Positions 51,414 through 64,000 of a DNA stretch of 64,000 nucleotides are shown piece after piece. The number at the start of each line of letters is the position of its first letter. Positions within the stretch are counted from its first letter, which is position 1. Under the pieces are notes generated by a model that was not told where the DNA came from, did no database searches, and worked only from the letters and a program-made list of their open reading frames with translations. The stretch spans positions 27,838,001 to 27,902,000 of the forward strand of contig NC_043002.1 in NCBI RefSeq assembly GCF_006345805.1, read 5' to 3'. The position numbers and the translations under genes were made by a program. Source of the DNA: Octopus sinensis. Taxonomy: Eukaryota.

Positions 51414-51628
51414 AAGGAAATGAAGAAAATGCTGACAAAGTAATTTAAGTAAGGAGAGTGTATTTATCTGAGATAAGAGAAAGAAATCTATCAGAAAGGA
51501 ACTCTATCTCTCTTTAAAAATATCTTTTGATAAGCATAACAAATGCGCACCGGTAAAAAGAACTTTCACCTAATTAAATACACTCTCCCTTACTTAAATT
51601 ACTTTGTCAGCATTTTCTTCATTTCCTT
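51414..51628. repeat. Inverted repeat, ~54-bp arms with ~107-nt spacer containing a decayed HHR-like motif
   Basis: aaggaaatgaagaaaatgctgacaaagtaatttaagtaaggagagtgtattta and its reverse complement; spacer has TTGATAA GCAT AACAA ATGC GCA CCGGTA. Confidence 0.8.
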
Positions 51629-51633
51629 ATATA

Positions 51634-51666
<33 letters not shown>

Positions 51667-51806
51667 ATACATTCAAACATAAAACATATATGTTACATAT
51701 TAAAAAAAGTTAATTGCAATTTTCAGTTAATAACAGAAATATGTTTACATCTTTTGTTATACGCAGTTGAACTCAGTTATGGAAAATAAGAATGTTGCTT
51801 CGAAGC

Positions 51807-51850
<44 letters not shown>

Positions 51851-51852
<2 letters not shown>

Positions 51853-52011
51853 CGCAGGCGGGACTGTGTGGTAAGAAACTTGCTTCACAACCACACGGGT
51901 ACACGTTAAGTCCCACTGCGAAGCACTTTGAGCAAGTGTCTTCTGCACTATCCACGGGTCATCCAAAACCTTGTGAGCGGATTTGGTAGACGGAAACTGA
52001 AAGAAACCTGT

Positions 52012-52013
<2 letters not shown>
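51851..52013 (+). mobile_element. SINE family A, 5' half
   Basis: ggcgcaggcgggactgtgtggtaag..ggatttggtagacggaaactgaaagaa. Confidence 0.85.
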
Positions 52014-52040
<27 letters not shown>

Positions 52041-52045
<5 letters not shown>

Positions 52046-52290
52046 TTAGAGACAAAACCACTATTTTGCAAAACAAACAAGGAAAGACTTAATCAATACA
52101 TAAAATTTTCAAAATTGACTTTTTATTAAAATTTTATGTATTGATTAAGTCTTTCCTTGTTTGCTTTGCAAAATAGTGGTTTTGTCTCTAATAATATTAT
52201 ATAATATTTTACTATAAAATTGGATTTAATCCTAAATCTGATTTTTTCCCTGTAAATTTGGATTATTCCCTAATATTTATTATATATATA
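52041..52290. mobile_element. PLE family 1 terminus folded back (69-bp arms, 18-nt loop) plus tail
   Basis: 52041-52109 pairs with 52128-52196 with one mismatch; 52200-52290 is the reverse complement of 44066-44160. Confidence 0.9.
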
Positions 52291-52885
52291 TATATATAAT
52301 ACATCAAGTAAGGACATCACCAGCGTGTGAAAAATACTTAAAAACATAATGTTCTTAATGTATATTTTTTGGTATTTAATCCTGTACTTATCTCTTCTGT
52401 GTTTACGTATTTTTCACTCATTGATGATGTCATTTTTAATTTTACATATATACATACATATTGTCAATTCGAGGTCGTCAGGTCCTCATTAGAGGTTAAA
52501 AAATCCAAAAGTTTCAGAAGTTAATCTCTATTATCCTTTCAAGAAATATGTTAACCTTTGTAGTATAAGTTCATAAAGCCCTGAGGAGATACTGCCTCAT
52601 ATAGTTAAAAATGAAGACCAACTGATAGCAAATGGCCTTACTCAAATGCTAAGAATTACTAATCACCTAGGGGCATGAATCGAGACATATATGTAGGTTT
52701 GGGTTGGGTGTGGAAACAGCTGTAGACAGGAATTTCTCTACAAGAATTTGCATGTCTTTAAATACAAATCTTTGTACGTCATTTTTTTCTATTTTCATCA
52801 TTTTTTCATTCAAATATATATATTGAATGTATATGTCTATATATTAATATGTATATACTTGTGTATGCATATATATTTATATATT

Positions 52886-52939
<54 letters not shown>

Positions 52940-52988
52940 GATAGAGAGAGAGAGACAGACAGAAAGACAGACAGACAGACAGACAGAC

Positions 52989-53080
<92 letters not shown>

Positions 53081-53942
53081 GGATGGATAGATATGTACGT
53101 ATGTATGTATTACGTGTATATTATTCATTATTCACGGAATTTAATTTTTTTTAATCAACTCAACAGTTAAACATTGACTCGCTATAAAAATTAAACAGTA
53201 ACACACCTCACTGCCAGTGACACTGATAGAAGGAAGAAACTATTCTGTTTTAATAATACTATTTGAATAGTTGATGAGTCGGAACTTTCAACATGTGGTT
53301 TTTAATAGGATAATTTATAGCACGTGGTTTTAATAGTAACACTTGCCCTATATATAGAGAACTTACAAGCTTGCAATATTGGTTGTGCCTAATATCAAAA
53401 TAGTGAACGCTGTTGACATATCAGGAATTTGTTAAAAGAATGAACTAAAGAATGTGTTGTGCAAATCGATATATCAGATATTGTTAAGCCTTTTGTAATG
53501 GTGAGTTTATAAGTAGTGTACAAGGACACAATAAAATGTTTACAGGGACGTTGATAAAATCCTGATTTAGGATTTTAAGCTCACCCAGCTGACATCCCCC
53601 TTTTTTCTTACTTGTCTACGAAAATATTGTATATAGAGAGACGGTATGTTTACATTTGTCTAAAAATATTGGATTCGGTAAAAATCTATGAATATATTTT
53701 GTCGTGCAGTACAACATTGAAATATAATACTTCTAAATAACCAGCAACTTAATAATCGAACTTGCAACCAATTATGCTTCATATATGCAAATTGATTTAT
53801 CCGGTTTCCTTCCGCCGCTTAGGAAAACCGAGCATAGGATTATATAACGGCTAATGCCACTTTTTCTGTCTTCTAATAGAGCCACGCGCTGTCCAAAGCC
53901 TTATGGAGAGATTTGGTAGACTGCCATAAATATATATATATG

Positions 53943-54425
53943 AAGATAAATTAAATAGATACTATTGACAAGCCAATAATTTATTTATATTACTATATTA
54001 CATGATATACTATGAATATAATATCACATAACATAATATTATATAACATAAATAATTATTAAAAAAATCATAATGGGCCAACAAATTGTTTCGACTTATA
54101 TATATTTTTTCTGATATACATACTTAATAAAGGTTCCCTTATATATAAAGTCACTTCAGGGTCATGGTTTAGATATAGACGGAAATTCACCTATATTTAA
54201 ACCATGACCCTGAAGTGATTTTATATATAAGGGAACTGTTATTAAGAACGTATATCAGAAAAAAAATATATAAGTCGAAACAATTTGTTGGCTCCTTATG
54301 ATTTTTTAATAATTATTTATGTTATATAATATTATGTTATGTGATATTATATTCATATTATATCATGTAATATAGTAATATAAATAAATTATTGGCTTGT
54401 CAATAGTATCTCTCTAATTTATCTT
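53943..54425. repeat. Palindrome, ~235-bp arms with 12-nt loop, carrying an HHR-like motif
   Basis: 53943-54178 vs 54191-54425; CC CTGAAGT GA(C/T)T..AGTC GAAA CAATTTG TT GG on each strand. Confidence 0.9.
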
Positions 54426-54526
54426 TACAATTGCATTATACCAATATTTATATCGTATTCAAGTGACGAACCTGTGAATTGGATGTTTAACACTCCTTTG
54501 AAAGATTTCTTTTCTTCAGTTGGTTA

Positions 54527-54581
<55 letters not shown>

Positions 54582-54680
54582 TGTGTGTATGTGTGTGTGT
54601 GACCAAAATGTGACCGCGTGTGTACCGTTGGCGATTTTTTTTCCTCCGTCTTCCCTTCTCTGGATCTTTCCTTTTCCTAT

Positions 54681-54715
54681 GTTTCTGACGAAGAGCTCCG
54701 CTCGAAACGTAAAAC
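54681..54715 (+). ncRNA. 35-nt minimal hammerhead ribozyme (family 5)
   Basis: GTTT CTGACGA A GAGC TCC GCTC GAAA CG TA AAAC: 4-bp stems I and II, palindromic ACGT, extra A after A9. Confidence 0.8.
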
Positions 54716-54812
54716 CCTCCTTCTTCCCTTCCTTCCTGGGGTTTCAATAATACTATATTTGTACCACGTCCTCGCGTTGTTGTGTTTTCTCTTTGTGTTT
54801 TCATGTTTGGAT

Positions 54813-54854
<42 letters not shown>

Positions 54855-54949
54855 ACAAGATAGAAAATGCTAAAATAATTTTATCATGAAGAACATTTTA
54901 GCACCGGTTTCAGTCATTTTTTTTGTTTGGCCTATATATACGTCTTAAC

Positions 54950-55299
54950 CTGCTCTGGATGTCTTATCGAATAACACCTTTTACAAGACTCTATGCTTGG
55001 AATGACCAATTATAAGCAACATTTCAACCCACATACAAGGTACCGGAAACTTATATATACACCATTCTGCTCAAATAATGGAACTGCGAAAAGACTACCC
55101 TTACGTATCTCACTTCTATTTTCGTTCCTCCACGTCACTCTGTATTTCATATCTTCTCGATAATAACTATTGCTTAACCATTTTCTCGCACCGTCTCTGA
55201 TGAAGGGATGTATAAAGTATCTCGGAAACTGATGTAAGACATTCTCTTTATAAATGTTCTGAAATCTTTCATAGCTTTGGATTTTTTTATCACATTCTG

Positions 55300-55310
<11 letters not shown>
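54950..55310 (+). mobile_element. PLE family 2 3' fragment with HHR at 55193-55240
   Basis: GTCT CTGATGA A GGGATG..TATCTC G GAAA CTGATG TA AGAC. Confidence 0.7.
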
Positions 55311-55344
<34 letters not shown>

Positions 55345-55358
<14 letters not shown>

Positions 55359-55595
55359 GCTTAAAATCAAAATAAGCAACAAGGATATCCTTACCTTCTT
55401 GGAGATTTTAAATAAAATTATACTAATGTGGCCATCTGTTTTAATTTAATTAAAGTCTATGTCTTTATGCAGCTGGGATTGCTCTACAATTAAATTGATG
55501 CAATCATTACATTTTTCATTTAAATGGAGTTGCTTGAAACGATCGTACTGCATTACCTCTGGATATCCTTGTTGCTTATTTGGATTTTAGTCACC
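55345..55595 (+). mobile_element. Family 3 HHR repeat with short inverted end
   Basis: Terminal inverted copy aaaatcaaaataagcaacaaggatatcc / ggatatccttgttgcttatttggatttt; TGCAG CTGGGA..GAAA CGATCG TA CTGCA (core mutated). Confidence 0.7.
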
Positions 55596-55670
55596 TTATT
55601 TTGAAATTGTATGGATAATACTGTACTAAATTCTGGTGCCTCAACTTAAGTACCATATTCATCAGAATCG

Positions 55671-55724
<54 letters not shown>

Positions 55725-56249
55725 ATACATATAAATAAATGCATTTCCTACATTTTTTCGCATGCATATGTAATACACGATGGTTTTTATTGATGGTGTT
55801 AGTTAGGGCTAAATATATGTTAGAGAGAGAGAGAGAGAGATTAAATTGAGGAAAAAAGAAACATGGATAGAGAGATAATCTGAGGGAGAAGATGGTAACA
55901 TTCATCAATAAGTTGAGCATCCGTTTGTTAAAAATACTAAAGTCAAAAAATTCATGACGTTTCAAAACTGCTAGTTAATTACCGTATATTAGTGTTGCGT
56001 CGTCAGTATTTGTGCGTTAATCTACGGTCAATATAAACTTTGCACATAAAGCAAAATTTAAACATTACCAGGTAATTTTTATAGACAGATAATTTATATC
56101 AAAACTAAGTACACTAAATTTGTAATTATTGTTAAGACGATATGTTTAGTCTCAAATTTAGTTTTAATAAATTATTATAAGAATTTCAACACTATATTTA
56201 TGAGAAGCTTGTCAATTGAATTAATAGTAAAATACCAAAGCCTCGGTAC

Positions 56250-57460
56250 GTATAGAAGACATAATCTCCATCCACACCATTTAACTAATATATTATATTA
56301 CATCTACTAACCATTTTTAACGCTTATCAACAATATTTAATGGTAGTTTCTCAGAGCCCATATACCTGCATATATTAAGATTAAGAGATGTCTCCTAGAA
56401 TATAAGATCGAAAATAACTTTTCTAGACAAAGAAAGCAAAAGGAGATCCCAGTCTTATAAGCAGGTGCTTTGCTTGTAATCTCCCATTCCATAGAAAAAC
56501 ATTTTTTCCTTCTCCTTCAAGTCTCTAATAAATTCACTGAGGCTGGTAGAAGACCGGCTCCTATTATTAAAGGTGTAAATATGGTTAGAGACGCGCTACT
56601 TAACAAAGTTTTACGTAGCTCCTATATAATAGAAACTTTTACGCTCAGGTATCACCTTATATCTGTAAATAAAATTCTTTTGATTACAATAATTTTTAAA
56701 TAAACGTTTACTTCTAATCCTACAATCGCAAAAAGTATTTTCATTAGTGCTCGCATTCTTATACTGCTTCCATCATTACATTCAGTATAATTCCTATTTA
56801 CCATTTCATTAACATTCAAGAGGTTGGGGTGGGATTTAACACTGATTGAATCCCCTAGTACACTTAACGTCCCAAACTTACTTTCATTACTAACATTTAT
56901 TCCATTAGTATTACTCTTATAGCGTTTACGACTATTAGAATTATTAGGAAAGTTAGATAATTTTCTGTCGTTAATTGAAGATAGAATCTGGCATGAATTA
57001 TTAGATACAGCTTTTTGTATTCCGTTATTCGCATTCCTGATAATACAGAGACGATTACAAAAACGAAGTAATATATTGTTTCTCATATTTTGCATTTCAT
57101 TTTTCACATTTTGAGATTTAAATTTACCTACCCTTTGCTTATTCCCATTCCTGGCTATTTGTTTAAAATCATTGTTAATATAGGAAACATCTATGTTGTT
57201 GGAGGTGCTGACGCCCATATTTTTAGGATAATATTGTTTGTATCCATCTTTACTAAGTGCCACATTACAATAGTGGGAATTTTTGTCAAAAATCTCCTTA
57301 TCAGACGATAAATTAGAAATTGTTGATGATTGCTTTCGACACATATACTTAAGATTGGAGTCGGGTTTGATGTATTGTTCATATTTATCTGAAATGAGAT
57401 TAAGATTAACATCAAAGAAGTTAACAGATTCATGTTCGTTTTCAATTGTTATATATATAT
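56250..57460 (-). pseudogene. PLE RT thumb, linker and GIY-YIG remnant (separate family)
   Basis: ESVNFFDVNLNL..YIKPDS..ISNLSSDKEIFD..ALSKDGY; after a frameshift CDCR..KNFIY..FYYIGAT..STSLSEFIRDLKEK..EWEITSKAPAY..CFLCLEK. Confidence 0.88.
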
Positions 57461-57731
57461 ATATAATATATATATATATATACTTTTTAAAAGTAGGATA
57501 AAATTTTTATAAGAAATTATCAAGTAGCTAGCGTGAAAAACCTCATAAGGGAAAAATTTATTAATTATTCCCTTTAAATATATTTATTTATATTAAGGGC
57601 ATTACTATACATAATGCCTCACGCTAGGAGGGATCTAAAAGTCAACACTACCATAATAAACACATTTTGTACCGAACGCGAGGGAATGAAACTCTCGAAG
57701 CGAGCCTTTTAAAAACAGCGCTTAATATAAC

Positions 57732-57912
<181 letters not shown>

Positions 57913-57984
57913 CATACATATACACACACTCATGTATATACATAAACATATACATTTATATATGAGTGTGTATGTAAGTATATG

Positions 57985-59017
57985 AATATATGTATTCCCC
58001 AAAACAGAAAAATAGCTTTTAGCCAACACATAGATACTTGCGCCAACAAAAAAACACCAAGCTTCAGGATTTTCCCCCTCTACCAATTTAGGGACGATAC
58101 AACCTCGAGACAACGAATAAGTAAAGAAACTCTCTTTATTGCAAAATACAGTCCACTTCTTAACGGGTCTACGACAAACAATTAATATACCTCAACTTTA
58201 GAATAAAAGAAATATTCACACACAAATATTACATTCCAAAGAATCCATTACTAATCACAGCTATAATCCAAAACATACCAACTTCAAGTCATACAACACC
58301 TCACTACTTTAACCCATTCATATTCTCCCTTCTCTGTTTTTTTCTTCTTCTTCTTCCTCTTCTTCTTCATCATCATCATTATCATCATCATCGTCGTCAT
58401 AATCATCACCACCATCACCATCATCGTCATCTTCTCCTTCTCCTTCTTCTTCTTCTTCTTCATCATCATCCTCATCAACATCGTCATCTTCTTCTTCTTC
58501 TTCTCCTTCTTCTTCTTCTTCTTCTTTTTCTTCTCCTTCTTCTTCTTCTTCTTCTTCTTCTTCTTCTTCTACTTCTCCACCTCCTACCCCTTAACTTTGT
58601 CACTAATGTCTTTTAGTATAACACCTACGCAAATTCTATAAACAAGCCTGTCAATATAAATATTCTCCTGAATTGAACTGAGACTGCCAGGCGCCACTGA
58701 CCATTCAAAATACGACCATCAGGGCACTCCCAGATTCTCCCACCCCCTTTCCTCACCAGTCTTCTTCCTCTACTACCCTACCAAGAACTCACAACGACCT
58801 CCAACACACAAGTGCAAACAAGGGAGTCAGAGAAAGGCAGAATGCCACTTAAATCTGAACACTACTATAGAAATATTCTTTTAAAAAAACTTTTCTTCTA
58901 ATTTTTCTAAATTTAATTATCTAATCGTTACAGTTGAAAAGGTCTCAAAATGACCGAAACCGGTACTGAAATGTTCACTATAAAATTATTTTAGCATTTT
59001 CTATTTTTGACTTGTTT

Positions 59018-59025
<8 letters not shown>
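57985..59025 (+). mobile_element. PLE 3' end: GIY-YIG C-terminus, UTR and decayed HHR at ~58931-58968
   Basis: AFSQHIDTC..FRIFPLYQ..RISKETLFIAKYSPLLN*; CAG TTGAAAA GGTC TCAAAAT GACC GAAA CCGG TA CTG; an inverted partial copy lies at ~54855-54925. Confidence 0.6.
58335..58575 (+). repeat. Compound (TTC)n/(TCA)n trinucleotide array
   Basis: Directly visible. Confidence 0.95.
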
Positions 59026-59062
<37 letters not shown>

Positions 59063-59579
59063 ATACATATACAAACTCACATACATAATACATACATACG
59101 CACATATGTTTGAGCGAATATGTGTCTTAAAAATATTAAATCAAAAGTTTTTATTTAAAATCTCTTAAATTAGAGGAAGGAGGTTAAATTACGGAAGGAG
59201 GTTTCTATGTAAGCAGTTTCCGCTCTTTTAAGCTTTTCAACTATTCATGTTTTAAAGTAAACTGTACAGTAGTACTTCCAAAGATTTTTTTTACATAATT
59301 GATAATTTTTTATTTCAGAAAATCTTTCTTTCAAATATAGTGACTTTGTTAATAAATCTTTGTATAATACTTTCTTAATATGCATGTGTGTATAAATATA
59401 AATATAAATGTATACATAAGTATATATGTGTATACGTATGTATATATGTGTATGTACCTACGTAGCTAATGTGTAAGGTATATATATATATATATAGGAA
59501 AAATTTAATCATTACAAATTGTGACTGAGGCTGCTAAATAGTAACTATATTTCAAGAAATAGGAGTTAAAATCCCTTAG

Positions 59580-59661
59580 TGCTTCGAGTTTACAACTGAT
59601 AGACGAAACTAATCTAGTCCAGTGTGCTGCTAGCTTCGCTCATAGGGCGGTTATCTCCCTT

Positions 59662-59745
<84 letters not shown>

Positions 59746-59835
59746 GCACTGAGAGGGGAGATAACCGCCCTATGAGCGAAGCTAGCAGCACACTGGACTA
59801 GATTAGTTTCGTCTATCAGTTGTAAACTCGAAGCA
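59580..59835. repeat. Palindrome, 88-bp arms (87/88 match) around (TA)n
   Basis: 59580-59667 vs 59748-59835; family 6 HHR with the core damaged identically in both arms. Confidence 0.92.
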
Positions 59836-60182
59836 GTTCCTACTCCATGACGTGGATGGGTTGGCTGAATCGATCTGTCAATATATTTACTTACCATATA
59901 AATTGGTGGCTGGTTTAACGAAATGCTAATGTGTTTAGTAAAAATTGATATAAACAGTTAAACGCAACATAAGAGGAAGATATAACTTCACTAATTGTGA
60001 CTGGGGATGCTGAATATCCCCTATATTGTATGAGTATATGGAATAGGCACTACTGGCGAGTCTACAACGTCATGGTGCGGTTATCTCTCTTGTCAGTGTA
60101 TATATATTATGCGTTGCATACAGCATTAAGAGTTTTAACTCTTATTTCTTGAAATTTGAAATCATCCGAGTGATGGAGTAGG

Positions 60183-60231
60183 CACTGCTGACGAGTCTAC
60201 AACTGATAGACGAAACTAGTCTTGTCCAGTT
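60183..60231 (+). ncRNA. Type I hammerhead ribozyme (family 6)
   Basis: CACTG CTGACGA GTCTA CAACTGA TAGAC GAAA C TAGTCTT G TC CAGTT: 4-bp stem I, 5-bp stem II, GUC site; inside a direct repeat spanning ~59990-60335. Confidence 0.78.
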
Positions 60232-60459
60232 CTCCTAGCTTCGCTCCTGGGCGGTGGTTATCTCTCCTGTCAGTGTATAGATATTCTATGCTGCATACAG
60301 CATTAAGGTTTTTAACTCTTATTTCTTGCAATATAAGTGCTATTCAACACCCTCAGTTACAATTAGTGACGATTGAATTTGTCTTTTTTGGTCTTTTATT
60401 GCACCTTCTGTTTGTCGATATAAATATACCTATTTTCTCATATAGTATGACATTCACCG

Positions 60460-60610
60460 TCTTTGGTCTGAGTTCAAATTCCGCCAGGGTCGACTTTGCC
60501 TTTCATTCCTTCGAGGTTGATAAAATAAATACCAGTTGAGCACTGGGTTAGATGCGATTGACTTACCCCACCCACCCCAAATTGCTGTCCTTATGCCAAA
60601 CTTTGAAATC
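60460..60610 (+). mobile_element. SINE family B-related fragment
   Basis: ctgagttcaaattccgccagggtcgactttgcctttcattcc. Confidence 0.75.
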
Positions 60611-60953
60611 AATATAGTATGGCTTTCAAAACAAAATGTTCTTAACATATCAGCAATATCCCTTATCAAACTTTTGTTAATGCATTTTAAAACTATATTT
60701 TCAGCGGATGTGTTACGTACAGTAGTAAAATATAAGCACTGAATTTGAAAGATAGCAGAAAATAGCACAAACATTATAAACTGAATACTGTCTTAAATTA
60801 ACTTGTCTATAATGAATTTCAAATTATTTAATTTTTATATAAAATAATTCAGATTTATAGTTTAAGTCTGGATAGGCACTGACTGCATTGCCGTCATTTA
60901 ATATGTGCACGTGTGTCTTTTGTGTGTGCGTATGTGTGTGTATGTGTGTATGC

Positions 60954-60991
<38 letters not shown>

Positions 60992-61429
60992 TTGTGTGTG
61001 TGTGCGTGTGTGTGTGTGCACGCGTGTGGTGTGTGTGTTTCATCTTTTGCGTGCTTCCAGTCCTGAAGTGAACGATTAGGTAAACGGTAACGATAGGAAA
61101 ATTTACTAAGAAACACGTTGATCAGCTATATTTCACTTCTTTTTATTGTTATTAGTGAAATGGTAAACTAAGTAGCCAATTAACTAATGGATTCCTTGAT
61201 TAATAGTTCGATTAATTAATCAAGCAGCTAACGAAAACATTCATGGACGAGGGGACGAGTGGCGACGAAAGGGATCTGATAAACCAGCTTATTGATTGAT
61301 TAATTAACCGATCGATCAAGTAAATGATTATCTAATTGGTTTCTTGGTTAACTAATTCATCAATGATAGCTCGTATAAAACAAAGCATCAATAACGTAAA
61401 TAATAATCACGTTTTCTTCTATAGGTACG

Positions 61430-61605
61430 AGACCTGAAATTTCCGTGGATTACATTGACCTCAGGGTTCGACTCGTACTTAATTTGTTTACAAAGAAAGG
61501 ATAAAAGGCAAAGTCGACGTTGGCGGAATTTGGATTATTAATGTATATCCGGAAAAGATGCCGTTAAGCATTTGGCCCGACGTGCTAGCAATCTGCCAGT
61601 TCGCT
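61430..61605 (-). mobile_element. SINE family B, decayed
   Basis: aaaggcaaagtcgacgttggcggaatttg..gcatttggcccgacgtgctagc. Confidence 0.65.
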
Positions 61606-61616
61606 GCTGCAAGACT

Positions 61617-61644
61617 AATGATAATAATAATAATAATAATAATA

Positions 61645-61698
<54 letters not shown>

Positions 61699-61718
61699 TG
61701 ATGATGATGATGATGATG

Positions 61719-61763
<45 letters not shown>

Positions 61764-61785
61764 TAATAATAATAGTAATAATAAT
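61617..61785 (+). repeat. (AAT)n/(GAT)n array
   Basis: Directly visible. Confidence 0.95.
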
Positions 61786-61789
61786 AAAA

Positions 61790-62275
61790 TATTACAAAAT
61801 GATAATAAACTAATACAGAAATACCTGCTTCAGAAGCATAAAAAACTAATACAAAACACTAAGAAAACAAATAAACTGTTTTCTGTCTTTAAGGAAGCTG
61901 ACAAATGCAAAAAAGAAGCCATAGTACCTAACAACTATGAAGAACCAGCAAATGATAATATTTCTCTACAAGAAACGGAGAAACTTTCAAAACACAATAG
62001 AGATAACTCGAATGTGGAGCCTAAAAACAATTCCTATTATAGTTGGCACATTAGGTATGATAAAAGAATATTCAGATAAATACATAGCAAAAACACCAGG
62101 ATTTACAAGTATATTAACATACACAAAATAGCACTACTTTGCACCGCATACATCCTACGTAAAACACTTTCAATACAGTGAAAATAAGAGCACTACATCA
62201 GACCACAGCACTTACCTAAGGTGCAGAGAGCTGCGCCCGGTAGTGCACTGGAAAGCACGTGATAAAAAGAAGACT
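61790..62275 (+). mobile_element. R4/Dong-like RLE LINE, 3' fragment
   Basis: NDNISLQETEKLSK..EITRMWSLKTIPIIVGTLGMIK..TPG..QKIALLCTAYILRKTLSI; adjoins an (AAT)n array, the known target type for Dong elements. Confidence 0.75.
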
Positions 62276-62795
62276 ACTGAAGAAGAAAAAGATGATGAAG
62301 AAGGAGGACGACGACGACGAGGAGGAGGAGGAGGAGGACGAGGATGAGGGCGGAGTCGAGGAGGACAACGAGGAGGACGAGGACAAGGGGGAAGAGGAGG
62401 AGAAGAAGAAGAAGAAGAAGAAGAAGAAGAAGAATTAAGTTTTTCACTGAATTTGTGAGTTCTTTACTTTTCGCCATTATTACGATACTACTGAATGAAG
62501 AAGCTAGTGTTTTGACACTTAAAAATGACAACTGATAAGATTATTGGAACAAACGAGAAAGTTCTAGTAAAAAAAAATTATTTTAACAGTATTTTGTGGC
62601 ATAGAAAATCATAAATTTATTCTGTACGAATACTTTTTCATCCCTAAATATTTATAATTGAATATAAATTCCTTAGTTACTATGATTTATAAGTTTCTTT
62701 TGCATATTCTTAGTTTATGCATGTGTATGCAAATATGGTACTGGTATATCTCATTTATGTTCAGTAGAAATTAAATAATTAAAGAATTTTGACGA

Positions 62796-62957
62796 GGCGC
62801 AGGAGTGGCTGTGTGGTAAGTAGCTTGCTAACCAACCTCATGGTTCCGGGTTCAGTCCCACTGCGTGGCACCTTGGGCAAGTGTCTTCTGCTATAGCCCC
62901 GGGCCGACCAATGCCTTGTGAGTGGATTTGGTAGACGGAAACTGAAAGAAGCCTGTC

Positions 62958-63008
<51 letters not shown>

Positions 63009-63241
63009 ATGTATGTGTGTGTTTGTGTGTCTGTGTTTGTCCCCCTAGCATTGCTTGACAACCGATGCTGGTGTGTTTACGTCCCCGTCACTTAGCGGTT
63101 CGGCAAAAAGAGCCCGATAGAATAAGTACTGGGCTTACAAAGAATAAAGTCTCGGGGTCGATTTGTTCGATTAAAGGCGGTGCTCCAGCATGGCCGCAGT
63201 CAAATGACTGAAACAAGTAAAAGAGTAAAAGAGTAAAAGAG
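62796..63241 (+). mobile_element. SINE family A, full length
   Basis: GGCGCAGGAG TGGCTGTGTGG (A box), GGTTCAGTCC (B box), internal (TA)n, tail (GTAAAAGA)n. Confidence 0.93.
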
Positions 63242-63851
63242 TTACGAATACTTATTCCCCCCCCCATTGTACATACCTTGTGCTATGAGGGCCATCGGTT
63301 CTTCGTTGGCTCTCCTCACTCGCACAAAATTTGGTCTGTGTGGTTGACAGAAAACGTGTATAATTACTATGCTGCATCTGAAAGTGTCTGAAAATTATTT
63401 GCAGTCTATTCGTTTGCATCAAAAAACATCAAATAATGTTATTGATACAACATAATACTGTACTCAAACGAAGCTTGCCTAAAGATTTCGCCTTTAGATA
63501 ACTTTCAATATTCAAACAAAAAATGCATACGCACATTTGTTCCTCTTAAAATTCCAAGAAAGTAAATGCTACCACGTAAATGGAAGCTTATTATTTGTTT
63601 GGAAATTCTTAGAATTTTCGGCAAACGCGTGGTATTATCGAAACTTTTAATATACTTAAACCTCGTATTTTTTATAGGTATTCTTTCTGTGTAATAATAT
63701 TAAATTCATAATATACAGTATCGCACTCAGAGTCGATTCAATTTTTGGTTAGTTCGATCTATTTCCAGTTTTCTTAGAGATTTTTCAAGACGTAGTAATA
63801 CACGTGTTAGCAGTAAGTTGCCATACACACATACAAACATACAAACATACA

Positions 63852-63916
<65 letters not shown>

Positions 63917-64000
63917 TATATTATATATATATATATATATAATATATATATATTATAATATATATATATACAAACATACATATATACATACAAACATACA

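Noticed and set aside
52585-52725. CTGAGGA and GAAACAGCTGTA words
   Set aside because: Over 120 nt apart with no stem I pairing
55956-56006. CTGACGA and GAAACGTC about 45 nt apart on the minus strand, downstream of a PLE
   Set aside because: Stems I and II do not pair convincingly; at most a dead HHR
58284-58575. Poly-Lys/Met/Glu ORF, and poly-Arg/Leu ORFs at 62274-62535
   Set aside because: Trinucleotide microsatellites at retroelement UTRs or tails

Overview
AT-rich, microsatellite-saturated eukaryotic DNA. The SINE families and repeat landscape look like an octopus (coleoid cephalopod) genome; this is my recognition, not a database result. No intact host protein-coding gene can be supported, and almost all ORFs in the supplied track are microsatellite read-throughs (YI/HT/CV/LSIY repeats). 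The window is a transposon graveyard: two abundant tRNA-derived SINE families plus a third SINE, one decayed full-length mariner and a mariner end, a Helitron, a HINE/DINE-1-like element, hAT and possible pogo remnants, and RTE, Tx1/L1 and RLE-type (R4/Dong-like) LINE fragments. It also holds an orphan THAP domain and one tRNA-Glu(TTC) gene or pseudogene. The dominant and most interesting theme is Penelope-like retroelements (PLEs). There are four GIY-YIG endonuclease remnants and about ten recognisable minimal type I hammerhead ribozyme (HHR) folds with palindromic stem III, from at least six unrelated sequence families. These elements repeatedly occur as fold-back (inverted) structures, the largest a ~7 kb near-perfect palindrome (about 44150-51170, 14-nt loop) with an HHR near each outer end. 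A few splice-site-bounded segments could be exons of an unrecognised host transcript, but none is identified.
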